DNA from: a virus
Lineage: Duplodnaviria; Caudoviricetes
Strand: one strand, 5' to 3'
Length of the DNA: 64,000 bases
IMG/VR virus record: IMGVR_UViG_3300032782_000002
The translations under genes were made by a program, and so were the position numbers. Within the stretch, counting starts at the first letter, position 1, and each line of letters opens with the position of its first letter. Positions 10,980 to 22,043 of this stretch are shown here, piece after piece. The notes beneath the pieces were generated by a model. It worked only from the letters and a program-made list of their open reading frames with translations, ran no database searches and was not told the DNA's origin.

Positions 10980-12401
10980 ATGGCCAAGAAACCCAAGAAG
11001 CCCTCCTCGATGGCGTCCGGTGACGTGCCCGCCGTGCCCCGCATGCCGAAGATGCCCAAGACCAACGGCGCACCGCCCAAGCGTAAGGCTCCGGCGCCGC
11101 TTGCGAAGGCCCCGCCCGAGCCGCTGATGGGCGACTTCGAGGAGGAGGGTGGGTCGATGATGCCGGGGATGCCGGGGATGATGGGGCCCTCCGTCGAGGA
11201 GAAGCTTGCCGAGTGGCTCTCGATGCGCGTGTTCCCCAAGAACGTGCCGGGTCTGTACTTCCAGCTGCGGCAAAAAAGCATCGACGGCGAGATGGTGGCG
11301 CACGAGTGGGATGCCACCGAGGTCGAAGGCCAAGATCCGGACTCGCTCGCGGCGATGATCTACACGCAGGCGGTCGAGGACTCGCAGGGTTTGAACGGTG
11401 TGGTCAGCTACGCGGTGCACGCGATGCGGCCGACGACTGGTCACAGCGAGTCGTTCAGCCGGTGCATCTTCCGCCTCGCGCAGGAGGACATGACACATGG
11501 CGCCGACAGCGAGCCGGGACACCTGCCCGAGGGGCACATGGCGCAGGCGCACCGGCACGCCGAAGTGTACGCGCGCATGATGGTGGGGCAGACCGATGGG
11601 ATCCTGCGCCACTACCGCGAGGCCAACCGCGATCTGTCGCAGCAGGCGAGCCGCGCCATCCAGCTGCAGGTCCAGGTGGCCGAGATGTTCCAGAAGATTC
11701 AGGACCGCGGGATGATGCGCGAGATCGTGCTCAAGCGCGTCGCGCGCAAGGAAAAGATGAAGGAGCAGCTGCTCGGGGTGGTGTTGAGCTTCGTGCCGGA
11801 TCTGGCGGTGCGTTTCGGCATCGTGCCGGGCGATCTGAAGGCGGCCATCTCGACGGCGCAGGGGGTGGAGCACATCCTGGCGGAGCTGCCGGAAGAGAAG
11901 ATGCAGATGCTGCTCATGGCGCTGGAGAAGCAGGACCAGAAGGAAGCGCTGATGAAGGCGTACATCTACGCGAAGCAGCGCGCGGCGGCGGCAGCGGCCA
12001 AGGCAGCGGCGGAGGCAGCCTCGCGTGCTGCCAACGGCCAGGGGGCCAAGGCGGGGGCGAACGGGGCGGCGAATGGACACGCGCACGTGCAGATGGGAGA
12101 GGCCAAGGCGCTGCACGGGGGTCAGCCGACTGCGCTGGACCACCGGGGCGTGCAATCGGACGTGCGCATGGGCAGCGGGGACGAGGGCGATGCGCAATCG
12201 CAGAACTCTCAGGAGCCCACCACGCTCACCATGACGAAGGCCGAGACCCAGACGCTCAGCCACGCGACGCGCGCGTTCCTAGGCATGATGCTGGACCTGC
12301 CCGACGAGCAGTTCGAGGCGGTCGCCAGCAAGCTGTCGGCCGACGAGCGCGCGGCGGTGGACCGGATGCGCGCCAAGATCCGCGCGACGGTCAAGCCCTA
12401 G
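10980..12401 (+). CDS. hypothetical protein (Lys/Pro-rich N-terminus, helical core)
   Basis: 473-aa ORF with strong GC3 codon bias. Confidence 0.8.
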   Translation: MAKKPKKPSSMASGDVPAVPRMPKMPKTNGAPPKRKAPAPLAKAPPEPLMGDFEEEGGSMMPGMPGMMGPSVEEKLAEWLSMRVFPKNVPGLYFQLRQKSIDGEMVAHEWDATEVEGQDPDSLAAMIYTQAVEDSQGLNGVVSYAVHAMRPTTGHSESFSRCIFRLAQEDMTHGADSEPGHLPEGHMAQAHRHAEVYARMMVGQTDGILRHYREANRDLSQQASRAIQLQVQVAEMFQKIQDRGMMREIVLKRVARKEKMKEQLLGVVLSFVPDLAVRFGIVPGDLKAAISTAQGVEHILAELPEEKMQMLLMALEKQDQKEALMKAYIYAKQRAAAAAAKAAAEAASRAANGQGAKAGANGAANGHAHVQMGEAKALHGGQPTALDHRGVQSDVRMGSGDEGDAQSQNSQEPTTLTMTKAETQTLSHATRAFLGMMLDLPDEQFEAVASKLSADERAAVDRMRAKIRATVKP

Positions 12402-13383
12402 GGATCAGAGCTGTCGGCCCACTGACCCGCGAACTCACGCTGATGCTTGGCGTCGAGCGCGCGAAGTTCGTCGGTCAGGATGCGTATGCGATCGACGGCG
12501 TTTCCCCGCTCGTAGTGGTTGGTCGTCGTCTCGATGAGACGTTGTTCTTGACGGATGTTCTCGACGAGCGCCTCGCGCATGGCCTCGTAGGGATCGAGGG
12601 GCACGGCGGAAGGTGTAGGCAGCTTCGGTACCGGCTTGTTCGCGGACGCCATGTGGCGCGCGTCGATGCGGTCGGCCGTGCGCAGGCTCTCGCGGACGAT
12701 GATGGTCACGCTGGTGATGGCCGTCAGGATGATGAGGGTCAGCACGGGCGCCACCACTCGCGCAGGGGCCGGACGATGTGGGCACGCAGCCAGCTGACGG
12801 GGCCGGTGTCGATCACGCCGAAGCACCACACGCGAGAGCACCCTAGATCGCCGTTGCGCCTGCATGTGGCGCAGACCAGACGGTTCGGCGGCGAGGCCGG
12901 TAGAGGCTCGGGTGCCGGTTCGGCTGTTCGATAGGGCCCCGTCATCGGCGAAGCTCCGGTTGGTCGCAGGCGCAGAACGAGACGCGCAGCATGTAGACGT
13001 GGCCGTCCTGGCAGTGCCAGCCACCGCCCTCGGCCAGACACCGCTCGCGCGCGTGGACGTCCACGAAGCCCTTGATGATGGCGAAGAGGACGACCGTGAT
13101 GGCGAGCGCGAAGCCCGTGACGGTCACGACACGGTGCATGCTGATGGTCAGGTCGTCGGGATCGGCATCCATTGAACGTCCGGATCGTGGATGAAGTCCA
13201 TGCGCTTGAACTTCTGGTTGCAGTGGCTGCAGCTGCCGCAATCGGGACACACGTAGTGGGTCGAGATGGGCCCTGAAGACCACATTGTCGGGGCCAGCGC
13301 CTGGCGCAGGGTCACGTCCTCTACAAGAACCTCGACGTGCTTGCACTCGTGCCGCGCTTCCGGGGTGCGGTAGACGTCGCGCA

Positions 13384-13710
13384 TCAGATCCTCACGCCGA
13401 CTTTGGCGGTGCGCCGCTCGGCGGCCACGGCTCGGCGCCTGCCGCCCTCGCCCAGCATGTAGTAGACGCCGTGGCGGGTGTAGCCGAGCAGGTTGGCAAT
13501 GAGCCGGACCGACCAGCCGCACTTGCCGCGCAGGTGCCGGGCGAAGGCGGCGCGTGCCTCGGTGACGGCGGGGCTCGATAGCCACACGTCGGGATCGCGA
13601 TGCAGGTCGGCCACCCCCAGTCCGAACTCCCCGGCGATGTGCAGGGCGACGGGCAGCAGTTGCCTGGCTGCCAGCTCCTGTAGGAAGTGGTCGGAGTGTG
13701 TTACGCTCAA
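13384..13710 (-). CDS. DnaA C-terminal-like HTH protein
   Basis: AVTEARAAFARHLR...WSVRLIANLLGYTRHGVYY resembles the Bac_DnaA_C HTH; TTG start after GAGGAG. Confidence 0.55.
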   Translation of the reverse strand: MSVTHSDHFLQELAARQLLPVALHIAGEFGLGVADLHRDPDVWLSSPAVTEARAAFARHLRGKCGWSVRLIANLLGYTRHGVYYMLGEGGRRRAVAAERRTAKVGVRI

Positions 13711-14329
13711 GGCATGCTCCTCGGAGACATGATCGCCAAGTTCACACAGATGGTGGGGGTCAAGCCGTGTCCGCCGTGCAAGAAGCGCCAGGAGGCGCTC
13801 AACAAGTGGCACGCGCAGATGACGGGGCAGCAGCCGCGCGTCAGCCGCACGTTCGAGATGGACGTCGACGCCAACGGCAACATCATCACGACGCGTCCTC
13901 GCTAGGGCTTCGGGCTCTCGGGCTTCTGGCTCTGCCCGAACTCCTCCTGCGCGCACCTGGCGCACACCGTCTGCGTCTCGCTGGTCGCCCCGGCTTCGTA
14001 GGCGGTCACCTGCCCGCAGGCTGCGCAGTCGAACGTGGTGTAGTTCGAGCGGATTGCCGCGAGGAGCTGCGCTTCGGGAGTACGGGCGGCCTGCACGCAC
14101 TTGGGGCAGGTCTTGGCGGGATCGGGGACCGCGATGCCGCAGACGGGGCAGGTCGGACCGTCTTCGGGCAGGTGCACGCGGCGCTTGATGAACGCGGCCC
14201 ACTCCTGCGCGTGGCGGTTGGCGATGAAGGCGATGCGCATCTCGCGGATGGCGTCGGCGAGCCGCTCCGCCTGGACGCGCAGGCGCTGCAGCTCCGCGAG
14301 GGCGAGTTCTGGCTCTGTCCGCGTGATAG

Positions 14330-14737
14330 TCATGTCTTGGCCTTTCGTATCTCGAAGAGCGTGTTGAGAGCTTGTACGATGAGCCGTGCGTAGCCCTCCT
14401 CGTGCTCGGAAACGGATGCGATGGCGTCGTCGTTGGCGTCGTGAATGCGCCACCGGCTCGCGCCTTTGGAGCCAGCACCGAGGATGAACTCGCAGCCGAA
14501 CGGAGCGCGGAGGCGCCGCATCACCGCGATGTCCTGCTTGGTGGGCTTGTTGCGGAGCATGCCGCTCATGATGAGGTCGAACTTCAGCTTGTCGGATGCC
14601 TGCGTACCGGCCATCGCGAGCTGGGTTAGCTCGTCCACCTTGTGCTGCAGGTACTCGGCGTGGGCTTCCAGCTCCTCGATGCGGGTGCGCTGGGCGTGGT
14701 CGTACTGCCCGATGATCTCCAGTAGCGCCTTGCTCAT
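14330..14737 (-). CDS. hypothetical protein (coiled-coil N-terminus)
   Basis: MSKALLEII... in a coupled gene run. Confidence 0.55.
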   Translation of the reverse strand: MSKALLEIIGQYDHAQRTRIEELEAHAEYLQHKVDELTQLAMAGTQASDKLKFDLIMSGMLRNKPTKQDIAVMRRLRAPFGCEFILGAGSKGASRWRIHDANDDAIASVSEHEEGYARLIVQALNTLFEIRKAKT

Positions 14738-15240
14738 GCGGGGTCCCTCAGGGCGACGCAGAGGCCACACGCGCACTCACTCGCGTGTCCTTGCGTCGCC
14801 TCGCGAATGGCGGTGGTCAGCTTGCTGATCTTGGCGGCGGCCTGCTCTTCGACGTACGCCAGCCGGCGCACCTCGACGTAGCCCACGATGGCGCAGTCGG
14901 GGTCGTCCTCGTACTTGGCGCGGATGTCGGCCTCCGCACCCCACTCGAAGTGGCCGCCCATCGGGCCGCTCAGGAGCCACACGCGTACCGGCTCGCTCCG
15001 GTCGTAGCCGTGGAAGATCCGGATGAAGTGATCGCGCTCGAACTTCAGGTTGCTGATTGCCTTGCGGACCGCATCCATCGTGTAGGCCCCGCCGTACGGC
15101 GCGACGCCCAGCTCGGCGGCCGCGTGACTCCAGGCGTCGCGCTCCTCGCGGTTGGCCTGTTCGAGGGCCTCGAAGTCGCTGGCGAGCTGCTGGAGCAACG
15201 TCTTGGTCGTGGGCATCGGAGTGGGAGTCAGGATGGTCAT
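14734..15240 (-). CDS. hypothetical protein
   Basis: MTILTPTP... C-terminal HxxxCxCxxC. Confidence 0.55.
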   Translation of the reverse strand: MTILTPTPMPTTKTLLQQLASDFEALEQANREERDAWSHAAAELGVAPYGGAYTMDAVRKAISNLKFERDHFIRIFHGYDRSEPVRVWLLSGPMGGHFEWGAEADIRAKYEDDPDCAIVGYVEVRRLAYVEEQAAAKISKLTTAIREATQGHASECACGLCVALRDPA

Positions 15241-15496
15241 GAACGGGGGCCTCGCGTGAGCAGCGTGCCGAGCGCGCCGGTGATGCTCTGGATGACATGC
15301 TTGTGGGTCTCGCCACCCGGCCAAAGGGGACCGAAGGTGTAGAGCCACCAGGCACGCAGCAGATGGCCGCTCACCCAGACGCGCCCGGCTAGCCAGGGCT
15401 TGCACGGCTGCGCGGTAGCGGTGGTGGCGGGCTGGTTGGTCATCGGGGAGCGCTTCTGGTGTCGGGGGAGTGGCGGCTATCGAGGGCTGGTGGTGG

Positions 15497-15742
15497 CTAT
15501 TGAGGGCTATTGCCCTTCCCCTCCGGGGACGAGGGAGATCCACGTCTGCTCCTACTCGTCTTGCTGGTGGGTTTGCCACGCCCCCGGTGGCGCCGCTGCG
15601 CCACGGCCTCGTGCAGCAGCTTGCCGATGACGGCGCTCTGGCTTGGCTCGAAGCCCGTCTCGGCGAGGATCTGCTTGCCGATGGCGTGGATCTCGTCCTG
15701 AAGCTCGACGGGGATCTTGGCTGCTACATAGACCTTGCGCAT
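15497..15742 (-). CDS. small putative DNA-binding (RHH-like) protein
   Basis: VYVAAKIPVELQDEI...SQSAVIGKLL with basic tail. Confidence 0.45.
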   Translation of the reverse strand: MRKVYVAAKIPVELQDEIHAIGKQILAETGFEPSQSAVIGKLLHEAVAQRRHRGRGKPTSKTSRSRRGSPSSPEGKGNSPQ

Positions 15743-15803
15743 CGGGTGTACACCCTACACGAGACCAACAACTTAGTCCACCAGGCTGCTTTGACGCAGT
15801 GCG

Positions 15804-16206
15804 GCTGGTGGACGGTGGACGGCTGTGGACGCCGATCTGGGGGGTGCTGGAATATTAGCAGAAAGGATGGGACCCCATGAATGGGTGGACGATCGTGGAT
15901 CACCTAGAATTCCCCGCACGCGGACGCGGAGTGCAAGAGCACTTGCACTATGATCCGCAATACGGCCGGAGGCCGGATCAGGCGTCCACCGGCGTCCACC
16001 GTCCACCTGCTGGCGGGCTCAGCCGTATGGGCTTTCGGCGGAATGTTGAATGAATCCCGGCTCTTGACGCACTTTCGCCGGATCGGCTGGTTGTGTAGCG
16101 GTGGACACCTCCAACTTTTTTTCGAGTTGGGGGTTTGGGGCGCCCGTTTGATGTAGTGTGCAGGCTTATTACGTGTAGCTTGCAAGTCGGGGGTTGGTGT
16201 CCACCG
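15804..16206. repeat. GTGGAC iteron cluster in inverted orientation; putative replication origin
   Basis: 15804-15840 and 15973-16010 form a ~37-bp imperfect inverted repeat, each arm with three GTGGAC; second IR CGGTGGACACC at 16099-16109 / 16196-16206; apparently non-coding and locally more AT-rich. Confidence 0.65.
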
Positions 16207-16486
16207 AGAGGCTGTTGTTGCTGCTCGCGTGCGCAGTGGTTCGAGCGCTCAGCAGCGCCGGAGATAGCGGGGCCAGAGCAGGGCGGATACGGCGATCGAG
16301 CGCCACGAGGGGCGGTCGCCGGGTGCTGCGCCCTGGCCGTAGCAGGCCGCGATGAGCGCGCCGAACGGAATGCCGGCCAGGTACACGACGCCGCCGAGGA
16401 GTAGGAGGGTTCGCATACCGGATCAACTCCGGCCGCAGGCTTGCTGGCCGAATAATTCGACAGGGGGTGGTCGAAAAGCCGCTCGT

Positions 16487-18355
16487 CTAGAGCTTGCTGC
16501 CGTCGGGATCGCCGTCGTCTTCGGGCGGCGCGTCTTCGTCGTCGATGACCGGCGACTCGCGCTCGATGGGCTTCTTGACGGTCTTGGGCCGCGAGATGGC
16601 GATGACGTTGCTGTCCTTCTCGGGCCGTGCCTGAGCGACGCCCGGCGAGCCGGCGATGCGGTCGCGGCGTGTTCTGGGTTTGGGCGGGGGTGGTGCTTCG
16701 GGCTCTGTCTCGGTCTCGGCCGGCGGCGGCACGGAGGCACCCGGCTTGGTGCCCGGCTTGATCAGCTCGGGCTCGTCGTCGTCGCCGTCCACCACGCTGT
16801 TGTGCAGCCCGCGCAGCGGCTTGGGCTCTTCCCACTTGCCGTCCTTGACGACGACCATGCCGAGGCCGATCCAGCCGCGTGCGCGATCGACCTTCGGGCC
16901 GACGCGGCCTCGAACGGCGCCGTTGGCCACCAGCTTCTCGGCCAGATCCTTCTCGCGGAAGGTGTAGGTGAGGTTGTTGTCCTCGCACCACTTCTTGACG
17001 GCGCTGGCCAGCGTGGCGCTCTTGGTCTGGAACCCCTTGCCGAACCGGCACATCTCCTCGAAGAACTTGCCGATGATGTCCTCGTTGCGACGGTAGTCGT
17101 CGGTGGCGGCCTTGATCGCGTCGGGCTTGGCGATGCCGTCTTTCTGCCACTTGAGGCAGCCCTCGACCGCCCACGCCAGGATGCCGGACAGCTCCTGCTT
17201 GAACTTGGCGCGCAGGTGGGGATCCACCTTGCCATCGGGGATGCGGGTGTTGAAGGGGATGAGGGCGAGGCGATCCCAGAAGCTGTCGGTGTCGTCTCGC
17301 ACCTGCGGCTTGTGGTTGGCCGCGATCATCAGCTTGAAGGTGGGCTCGAACTCCCAGAAGTCCTCGTTCATGCGCCGCGCCTTGAGTCGGTCGTTGCCGG
17401 TGAGGCGCTTGAGCTGCTCCTCGTCGATGACGCGGCCCTTCTTCACTTCGCTGGAGATGGCCAGGCGGATGTTGTGCAGATCAGCGACCTCGGTGGGGTG
17501 CGCGTCGTTCTGCCGCGACATGAGCAGGCCCGGTGCGGTGCTCACGGCGTAGGGGCCGAGCAGGTCCTGCAGCGCGCCGAGGAACACGCTCTTGCCGTTG
17601 CGGCCGCCACCGTGGAGGATGCAGAACATGCGCTCGGTCACACGCCCCGTCAGGCAGTAGCCGACGTAGCGTTGGACGAAGTCGCGCACATCGTCGTCGG
17701 GGATGACCTGCTTGAGGAAGGCGTGCCACTTGGGCGCCTTGGCGTCGCGCTTGAAGTCGATGTTGGTGCGCTTCGTGATGAGGTACTTGCGGTCGGCCGG
17801 CAGCAGCTTGCCCGTACGCAGGTCCAAGACGCCGTTCTTGACGCCGAGCAGCCACGGATCGGCATCGAGCTGGTTGACGTCGATCTCGACGTTGTACTCG
17901 CCGTGCGCCGCGCGGATGATCGCGTTGCGGCGGTTGAGCGCCTGGCTGTCGTAGTACCACTTCCAGACGCCCTTGGCCTTGTCCTCGTCCTTGCCGTGCT
18001 CCTTGGCTTCGGCTTCGATGTCCTCGATGACCCGCTTGGTCATGCGCAGCATGCGGCCGCCGCTGCCGTCGCGGACCCACATGGAGCCGACCCAGACGAT
18101 GTACTTGCCCCAGGCCGCGACGTACTTGAAGTCGCTGCCGGCAAGATGGACGAGCCGCTCGGTATTGCCCTGATCGGTCAGGGCGAAACGCTTGCGCTTC
18201 TTACTGGAGGGTGTCTTGGCGCCTTTGGCAGGAGGCGGCGCCGGCTTACCCTTCGCTGCGGGTGCCTTCGGTGCGGCGGCCTTCGGCGCAGGGGTGTTCT
18301 TGCCGCCCTTCGGCGTGACACCTCCTGCAGGACCGCCGCCATTGCGCCGAGCCAT
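16487..18355 (-). CDS. phage/plasmid P4-family D5-like helicase (D5_N + SF3)
   Basis: TDQGNTERL, LDADPWLLGVKNGVLDL, Walker A HGGGRNGKS, LKRLTGND...ARR, ANHKP, FWDRL..IPF. Confidence 0.9.
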   Translation of the reverse strand: MARRNGGGPAGGVTPKGGKNTPAPKAAAPKAPAAKGKPAPPPAKGAKTPSSKKRKRFALTDQGNTERLVHLAGSDFKYVAAWGKYIVWVGSMWVRDGSGGRMLRMTKRVIEDIEAEAKEHGKDEDKAKGVWKWYYDSQALNRRNAIIRAAHGEYNVEIDVNQLDADPWLLGVKNGVLDLRTGKLLPADRKYLITKRTNIDFKRDAKAPKWHAFLKQVIPDDDVRDFVQRYVGYCLTGRVTERMFCILHGGGRNGKSVFLGALQDLLGPYAVSTAPGLLMSRQNDAHPTEVADLHNIRLAISSEVKKGRVIDEEQLKRLTGNDRLKARRMNEDFWEFEPTFKLMIAANHKPQVRDDTDSFWDRLALIPFNTRIPDGKVDPHLRAKFKQELSGILAWAVEGCLKWQKDGIAKPDAIKAATDDYRRNEDIIGKFFEEMCRFGKGFQTKSATLASAVKKWCEDNNLTYTFREKDLAEKLVANGAVRGRVGPKVDRARGWIGLGMVVVKDGKWEEPKPLRGLHNSVVDGDDDEPELIKPGTKPGASVPPPAETETEPEAPPPPKPRTRRDRIAGSPGVAQARPEKDSNVIAISRPKTVKKPIERESPVIDDEDAPPEDDGDPDGSKL

Positions 18356-18512
18356 TCACCCTCCGGCTGAAACCTCTGCGACAACCTCGTAACGGCGAGA
18401 TTGCGCACCGCGACACCTTCGACACCCACGCGAGGGCTCCGTGATAGCTCTTGCGTGTCTGGCTACTGTTATGCGACGTTAGTGGCGGGGTCAACATCGA
18501 AGACACGACGAG

Positions 18513-18758
18513 ATGACGACTGCACGAACTACCCGCACGACGCGCACGACGCCGACGAGCATCACGTTCGACTCGCAGCGCGAACTCAAGACGGTGCAGC
18601 GCGCTGCGCGCCTCGCTGGCAAGAGCGTCTCGCGCTTCCTGCGCGATCTCGGTGTCGTCGAGGCACGTCGCCTGATCGCCGAGCACGAGGGCACGCACGT
18701 CTGCGCCGAGTGCGGCAACCGGACCGCCGCGTGCGGCAACGGGACTGCCGCAGCGTGA
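18513..18758 (+). CDS. DUF1778-like RHH protein with Zn-ribbon tail
   Basis: RELKTVQRAARLAGKSVSRFLRD...CAECG; divergent from the helicase. Confidence 0.6.
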   Translation: MTTARTTRTTRTTPTSITFDSQRELKTVQRAARLAGKSVSRFLRDLGVVEARRLIAEHEGTHVCAECGNRTAACGNGTAAA

Positions 18759-19051
18759 TACACGAGGCGCCCGCGGACGACGTGCCGGAGCTGACGCCGG
18801 AGACGATCCGCGAGGCACTGCGCTCGGGTGGCGAGAGCGCCAACGAACTGCTGCGGGCGCTGCGGCGCGATCACCTGCGCGCGATGAACCGTGTGCGGTG
18901 GCACCAGCCGCTGCTGCGGGCATAGATCAAGGATGATCACCCTTGTCCCCGGAGGGGAAAGCGACTCATCATATCCAGGCGACCCGCGACCCACCATGCC
19001 CAGGCGCCCCATCACCCAGGCAACCTGTCACTCAGCGACCCATCATTCACC

Positions 19052-19282
19052 ATGCACTTCCCAGTACACGGCGAGCCCGGCACGGCCGACTACTTCGGGC
19101 CTCACTGGGCGAAGATCGAAGCCAAGCGGGATCGGTCCGCGAAGCTGCAAGCGCAGATCGATGCGCTGACCGCGCAGCGTGCAGCGCTGGAAGTCGAGAT
19201 CGCGACGCTCATCACGGAGGCGCGTGATTCCATCGACGCGGCGCGCGAGGCGCACATGGTCGGCGTGCTCTGGCGGAGGTAG
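19052..19282 (+). CDS. hypothetical coiled-coil protein
   Basis: Heptad-like ORF. Confidence 0.5.
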   Translation: MHFPVHGEPGTADYFGPHWAKIEAKRDRSAKLQAQIDALTAQRAALEVEIATLITEARDSIDAAREAHMVGVLWRR

Positions 19283-19689
19283 TGAAGTGGACCGCCGCGA
19301 CTTTCTCACTCTCTGGCTCCAGGCGCTCATCCTGGCGCTCTGCCCCTGGATGCGCACAGAGCGCGGCGCCGCGGTGGCGCGGCAGGCCGCTCAGGACTGG
19401 CTGGCCGACAACGTCTTCGTCCTGCGCCCCGGGATCCCGGCGCACGGCAACGTCTTCGCCGACTGGCCATCACTCTACGCCGAACTCTCGGCGACCGCGG
19501 GGTCGAAGACCGTCGTGATCGATGATGGAGTAGCGGGGGTATTCGTGCCTGCGGGAGCGTACGATCTGACCGACACGACGCTCGTGTCTGGCGGCGACGG
19601 CCAGCTACTCGTGCCAGCCTCGGAAGAGATCGCGCTCAGCTTCGGGCGTTGAGCAACGATGGCCGTGCGCAGATACGCGGCGGCCCGAC

Positions 19690-19872
19690 CTACTCGATGA
19701 CGATCCCCAGCTTTGCGGCGGCGGCCCGCAGCTGCGCGCGATCGTAGGCCGCCTTCATGGTGTCGATCCCGCGCTCGACGGCGCGGCGGATCGTGCGGGG
19801 ATCGAGCGCGGCCTCCCCAGCTAGCCGGTACACCTCCCAGCGCGAGAGCTTCACGACGCGTCGTTTGGTCAT
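19690..19872 (-). CDS. small HTH-like protein, paralog A
   Basis: RLAGEAALDPRTIRRAVERGIDTMKA, similar to 22577-22756. Confidence 0.7.
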   Translation of the reverse strand: MTKRRVVKLSRWEVYRLAGEAALDPRTIRRAVERGIDTMKAAYDRAQLRAAAAKLGIVIE

Positions 19873-19903
19873 GAGGCAGTCCTAGCACACCGCCCCGGTG
19901 CGG

Positions 19904-19932
19904 TTGACATGTTGTGCAAGATGCCGTACAGC
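19904..19932 (+). promoter_or_regulatory. sigma70-like promoter, probably leaderless transcript
   Basis: TTGACA-17bp-TACAGC, with ATG 7 nt downstream at 19940. Confidence 0.55.
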
Positions 19933-19939
19933 ATCTCGC

Positions 19940-22018
19940 ATGCTCGATCACTTCCCCGCGTTCGCGAAGCTGGTGGCCACGTCCTTCAAGGATCTGACCA
20001 AGACCCCCACGGTGTTCGTGGTCGACGTGGCTGGCGACACGCTCTGGGCGGAGTACCTCGCGGCCTTCCCCGATGGCTCCAACCCCCTCTACAAGAAGAG
20101 CACGGAGCACGACTGCTCCTGCTGCCGCCACTTCATCCGCCGTGCGGGCCTCGTCGTCACCGTGGGCGAGAACGAAGAGCTGCGCACGATCTGGGACAAG
20201 GCGGCCGACAGCGCACCGGGGGTCTATGGCGCGGTGGCGACTCGCCTTCGCGATCTCGTCCGCCGCGGAGCGATCGGCGACCTGTTCCGGGTGGGCCCGA
20301 AGGAAACGAGCTTTGGTACGGAGCGCTCGCGGGCGCTCGACAAGGACACCGGCCGCGCGCTCACATGGGATCACTTCTACACGGGCCCCATCTCGAAGGC
20401 GCTGCAGTCGCCGGCCCCGGATACCGCGCGCGGCGACTACCGTACGACGGTGCAGGTCTTCGAGCGCGGCCTCGTCGAGCTGACGCCGGATGCGGTGGAG
20501 ACGGTGCTGTCGCTCATCGACAGCAACAACCTGTACCGCGGGCAGGAGCACAAGCCGGCCGTGGTCGGCTTCATGAAGGCGCAGCGTGCGTTCCTCTCGA
20601 AGCCCCCGGGGCGCGCTCGCAGCATGTACGCGTGGGCGAACGCCGACAACCCCGCCGCGCGGTTCCGCAACACCGTCATCGGTACGCTCGTGCAGGATCT
20701 GTCCGAGGGACAGGACATCGAGCACGCGGTCAAGAGCTTCGAGACGAAGGTCGCGCCCCAGAACTACAAGCGCACGACTGCCCTCATCACCCCCGGGATG
20801 GTCAAGAAGGCCATGGAGACCATCGAGGCGCTCGGCCTGGAGCCCGCTCTGGAGCGGCGCTTCGCGACGATCGCGGACGTCTCTGTCAACGACGTCAAGT
20901 GGGTCGACGGCACCGTCAGGCCCCTGATGAAGGGTGGCCTCGGCGAGGAGTTGATGCAGCACGCGGTCGCCGCGGTGAGCAAGAACACCAAGAGCGACGA
21001 GCTGCGCGCCGAGGACATCGGCCTCGACGACTTCGTCGCCCGGGTGCTGCCCGAGACCACCAGCCTGGAGCTTCTCTTCAAGAACGAACACGCCGGCAAC
21101 CTGATGTCGCTGACGGCCCCCTGCCACCCCGAGCCCAAGCAGCTGTTCCGGTGGACCAACGACTTCGCGTGGTCCTACGGCGGCAACGTCGCCGACTCGA
21201 TCAAGGAACGCGTCAAGAAGGCGGGTGGTCGCGTGGAGGGCGCGCTGCGCGTGTCGCTCTCGTGGTTCAACTACGACGATCTCGATCTGCACGTCCACGA
21301 GCCTGCCGGACGGGGAGCGCGCGGGCTGGAGCACATCTACTTCCGCAACCGGCGCGGCTGGACGGGCGGCGAACTCGACGTCGACATGAACGCGGGACGC
21401 GGCCAGACCCGCACGCCGGTCGAGAACGTCGTGTGGACGAAGATGCCGCCCGACGGGGCGTACCGCGTGGTCGTCAACAACTACTGCTACCGCGAGTCCT
21501 CGGACCCCGGGTTTGTGGTGGAGGTCGAGTGCGCCGGCAAGCTGTCGCACTTCTCGTACAACAAGCCCGTCCGGAACACGCAGGACATCGAGGTCGCCAC
21601 CATCCACGTCGACGACGGCCGGGTGGACCGCATCGAGATCGGCAGCCCCGCCGTGACGGCATCCAACGTCTCCCAGGAGCGGTGGGGGCTCAAGACCGAG
21701 CAGTACGTCAAGATCAGCGCCGTCATGCTCAGCCCCAACTACTGGGGCGACAACGCCGTGGGCAACAAGCACACGTTCTTCGTCGTCGAGGGGTGCAAGA
21801 ACGATGAGCCCACCCGCGGCTTCTACAACGAGTTCCTGCACCCGCGCCTCGAAGCGCACCGCAAGGTCTTCGAGGTCATCGGCGACAAGACCAAGTGCCG
21901 CCCCACCGAGGGGCAGCTCTCGGGGCTCGGGTTCTCGTCGACCCGTCACGAGTCGTTCGTGGTCCGCGCCCACCAGGGCAAGAGGCAGCGCGTGTTCAAC
22001 GTTCGAGTCGGCAGCTAG
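19940..22018 (+). CDS. large phage-type protein with a YfaP/DUF2135-like C-terminal domain
   Basis: HDCSCCRHF near the N-terminus; LRVSLSWFNYDDLDLHVHEP...GELDVDMNAG...PVENVVW. Confidence 0.8.
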   Translation: MLDHFPAFAKLVATSFKDLTKTPTVFVVDVAGDTLWAEYLAAFPDGSNPLYKKSTEHDCSCCRHFIRRAGLVVTVGENEELRTIWDKAADSAPGVYGAVATRLRDLVRRGAIGDLFRVGPKETSFGTERSRALDKDTGRALTWDHFYTGPISKALQSPAPDTARGDYRTTVQVFERGLVELTPDAVETVLSLIDSNNLYRGQEHKPAVVGFMKAQRAFLSKPPGRARSMYAWANADNPAARFRNTVIGTLVQDLSEGQDIEHAVKSFETKVAPQNYKRTTALITPGMVKKAMETIEALGLEPALERRFATIADVSVNDVKWVDGTVRPLMKGGLGEELMQHAVAAVSKNTKSDELRAEDIGLDDFVARVLPETTSLELLFKNEHAGNLMSLTAPCHPEPKQLFRWTNDFAWSYGGNVADSIKERVKKAGGRVEGALRVSLSWFNYDDLDLHVHEPAGRGARGLEHIYFRNRRGWTGGELDVDMNAGRGQTRTPVENVVWTKMPPDGAYRVVVNNYCYRESSDPGFVVEVECAGKLSHFSYNKPVRNTQDIEVATIHVDDGRVDRIEIGSPAVTASNVSQERWGLKTEQYVKISAVMLSPNYWGDNAVGNKHTFFVVEGCKNDEPTRGFYNEFLHPRLEAHRKVFEVIGDKTKCRPTEGQLSGLGFSSTRHESFVVRAHQGKRQRVFNVRVGS

Positions 22019-22043
22019 AGAAGGCAGCTGGGAAGACACCGCC

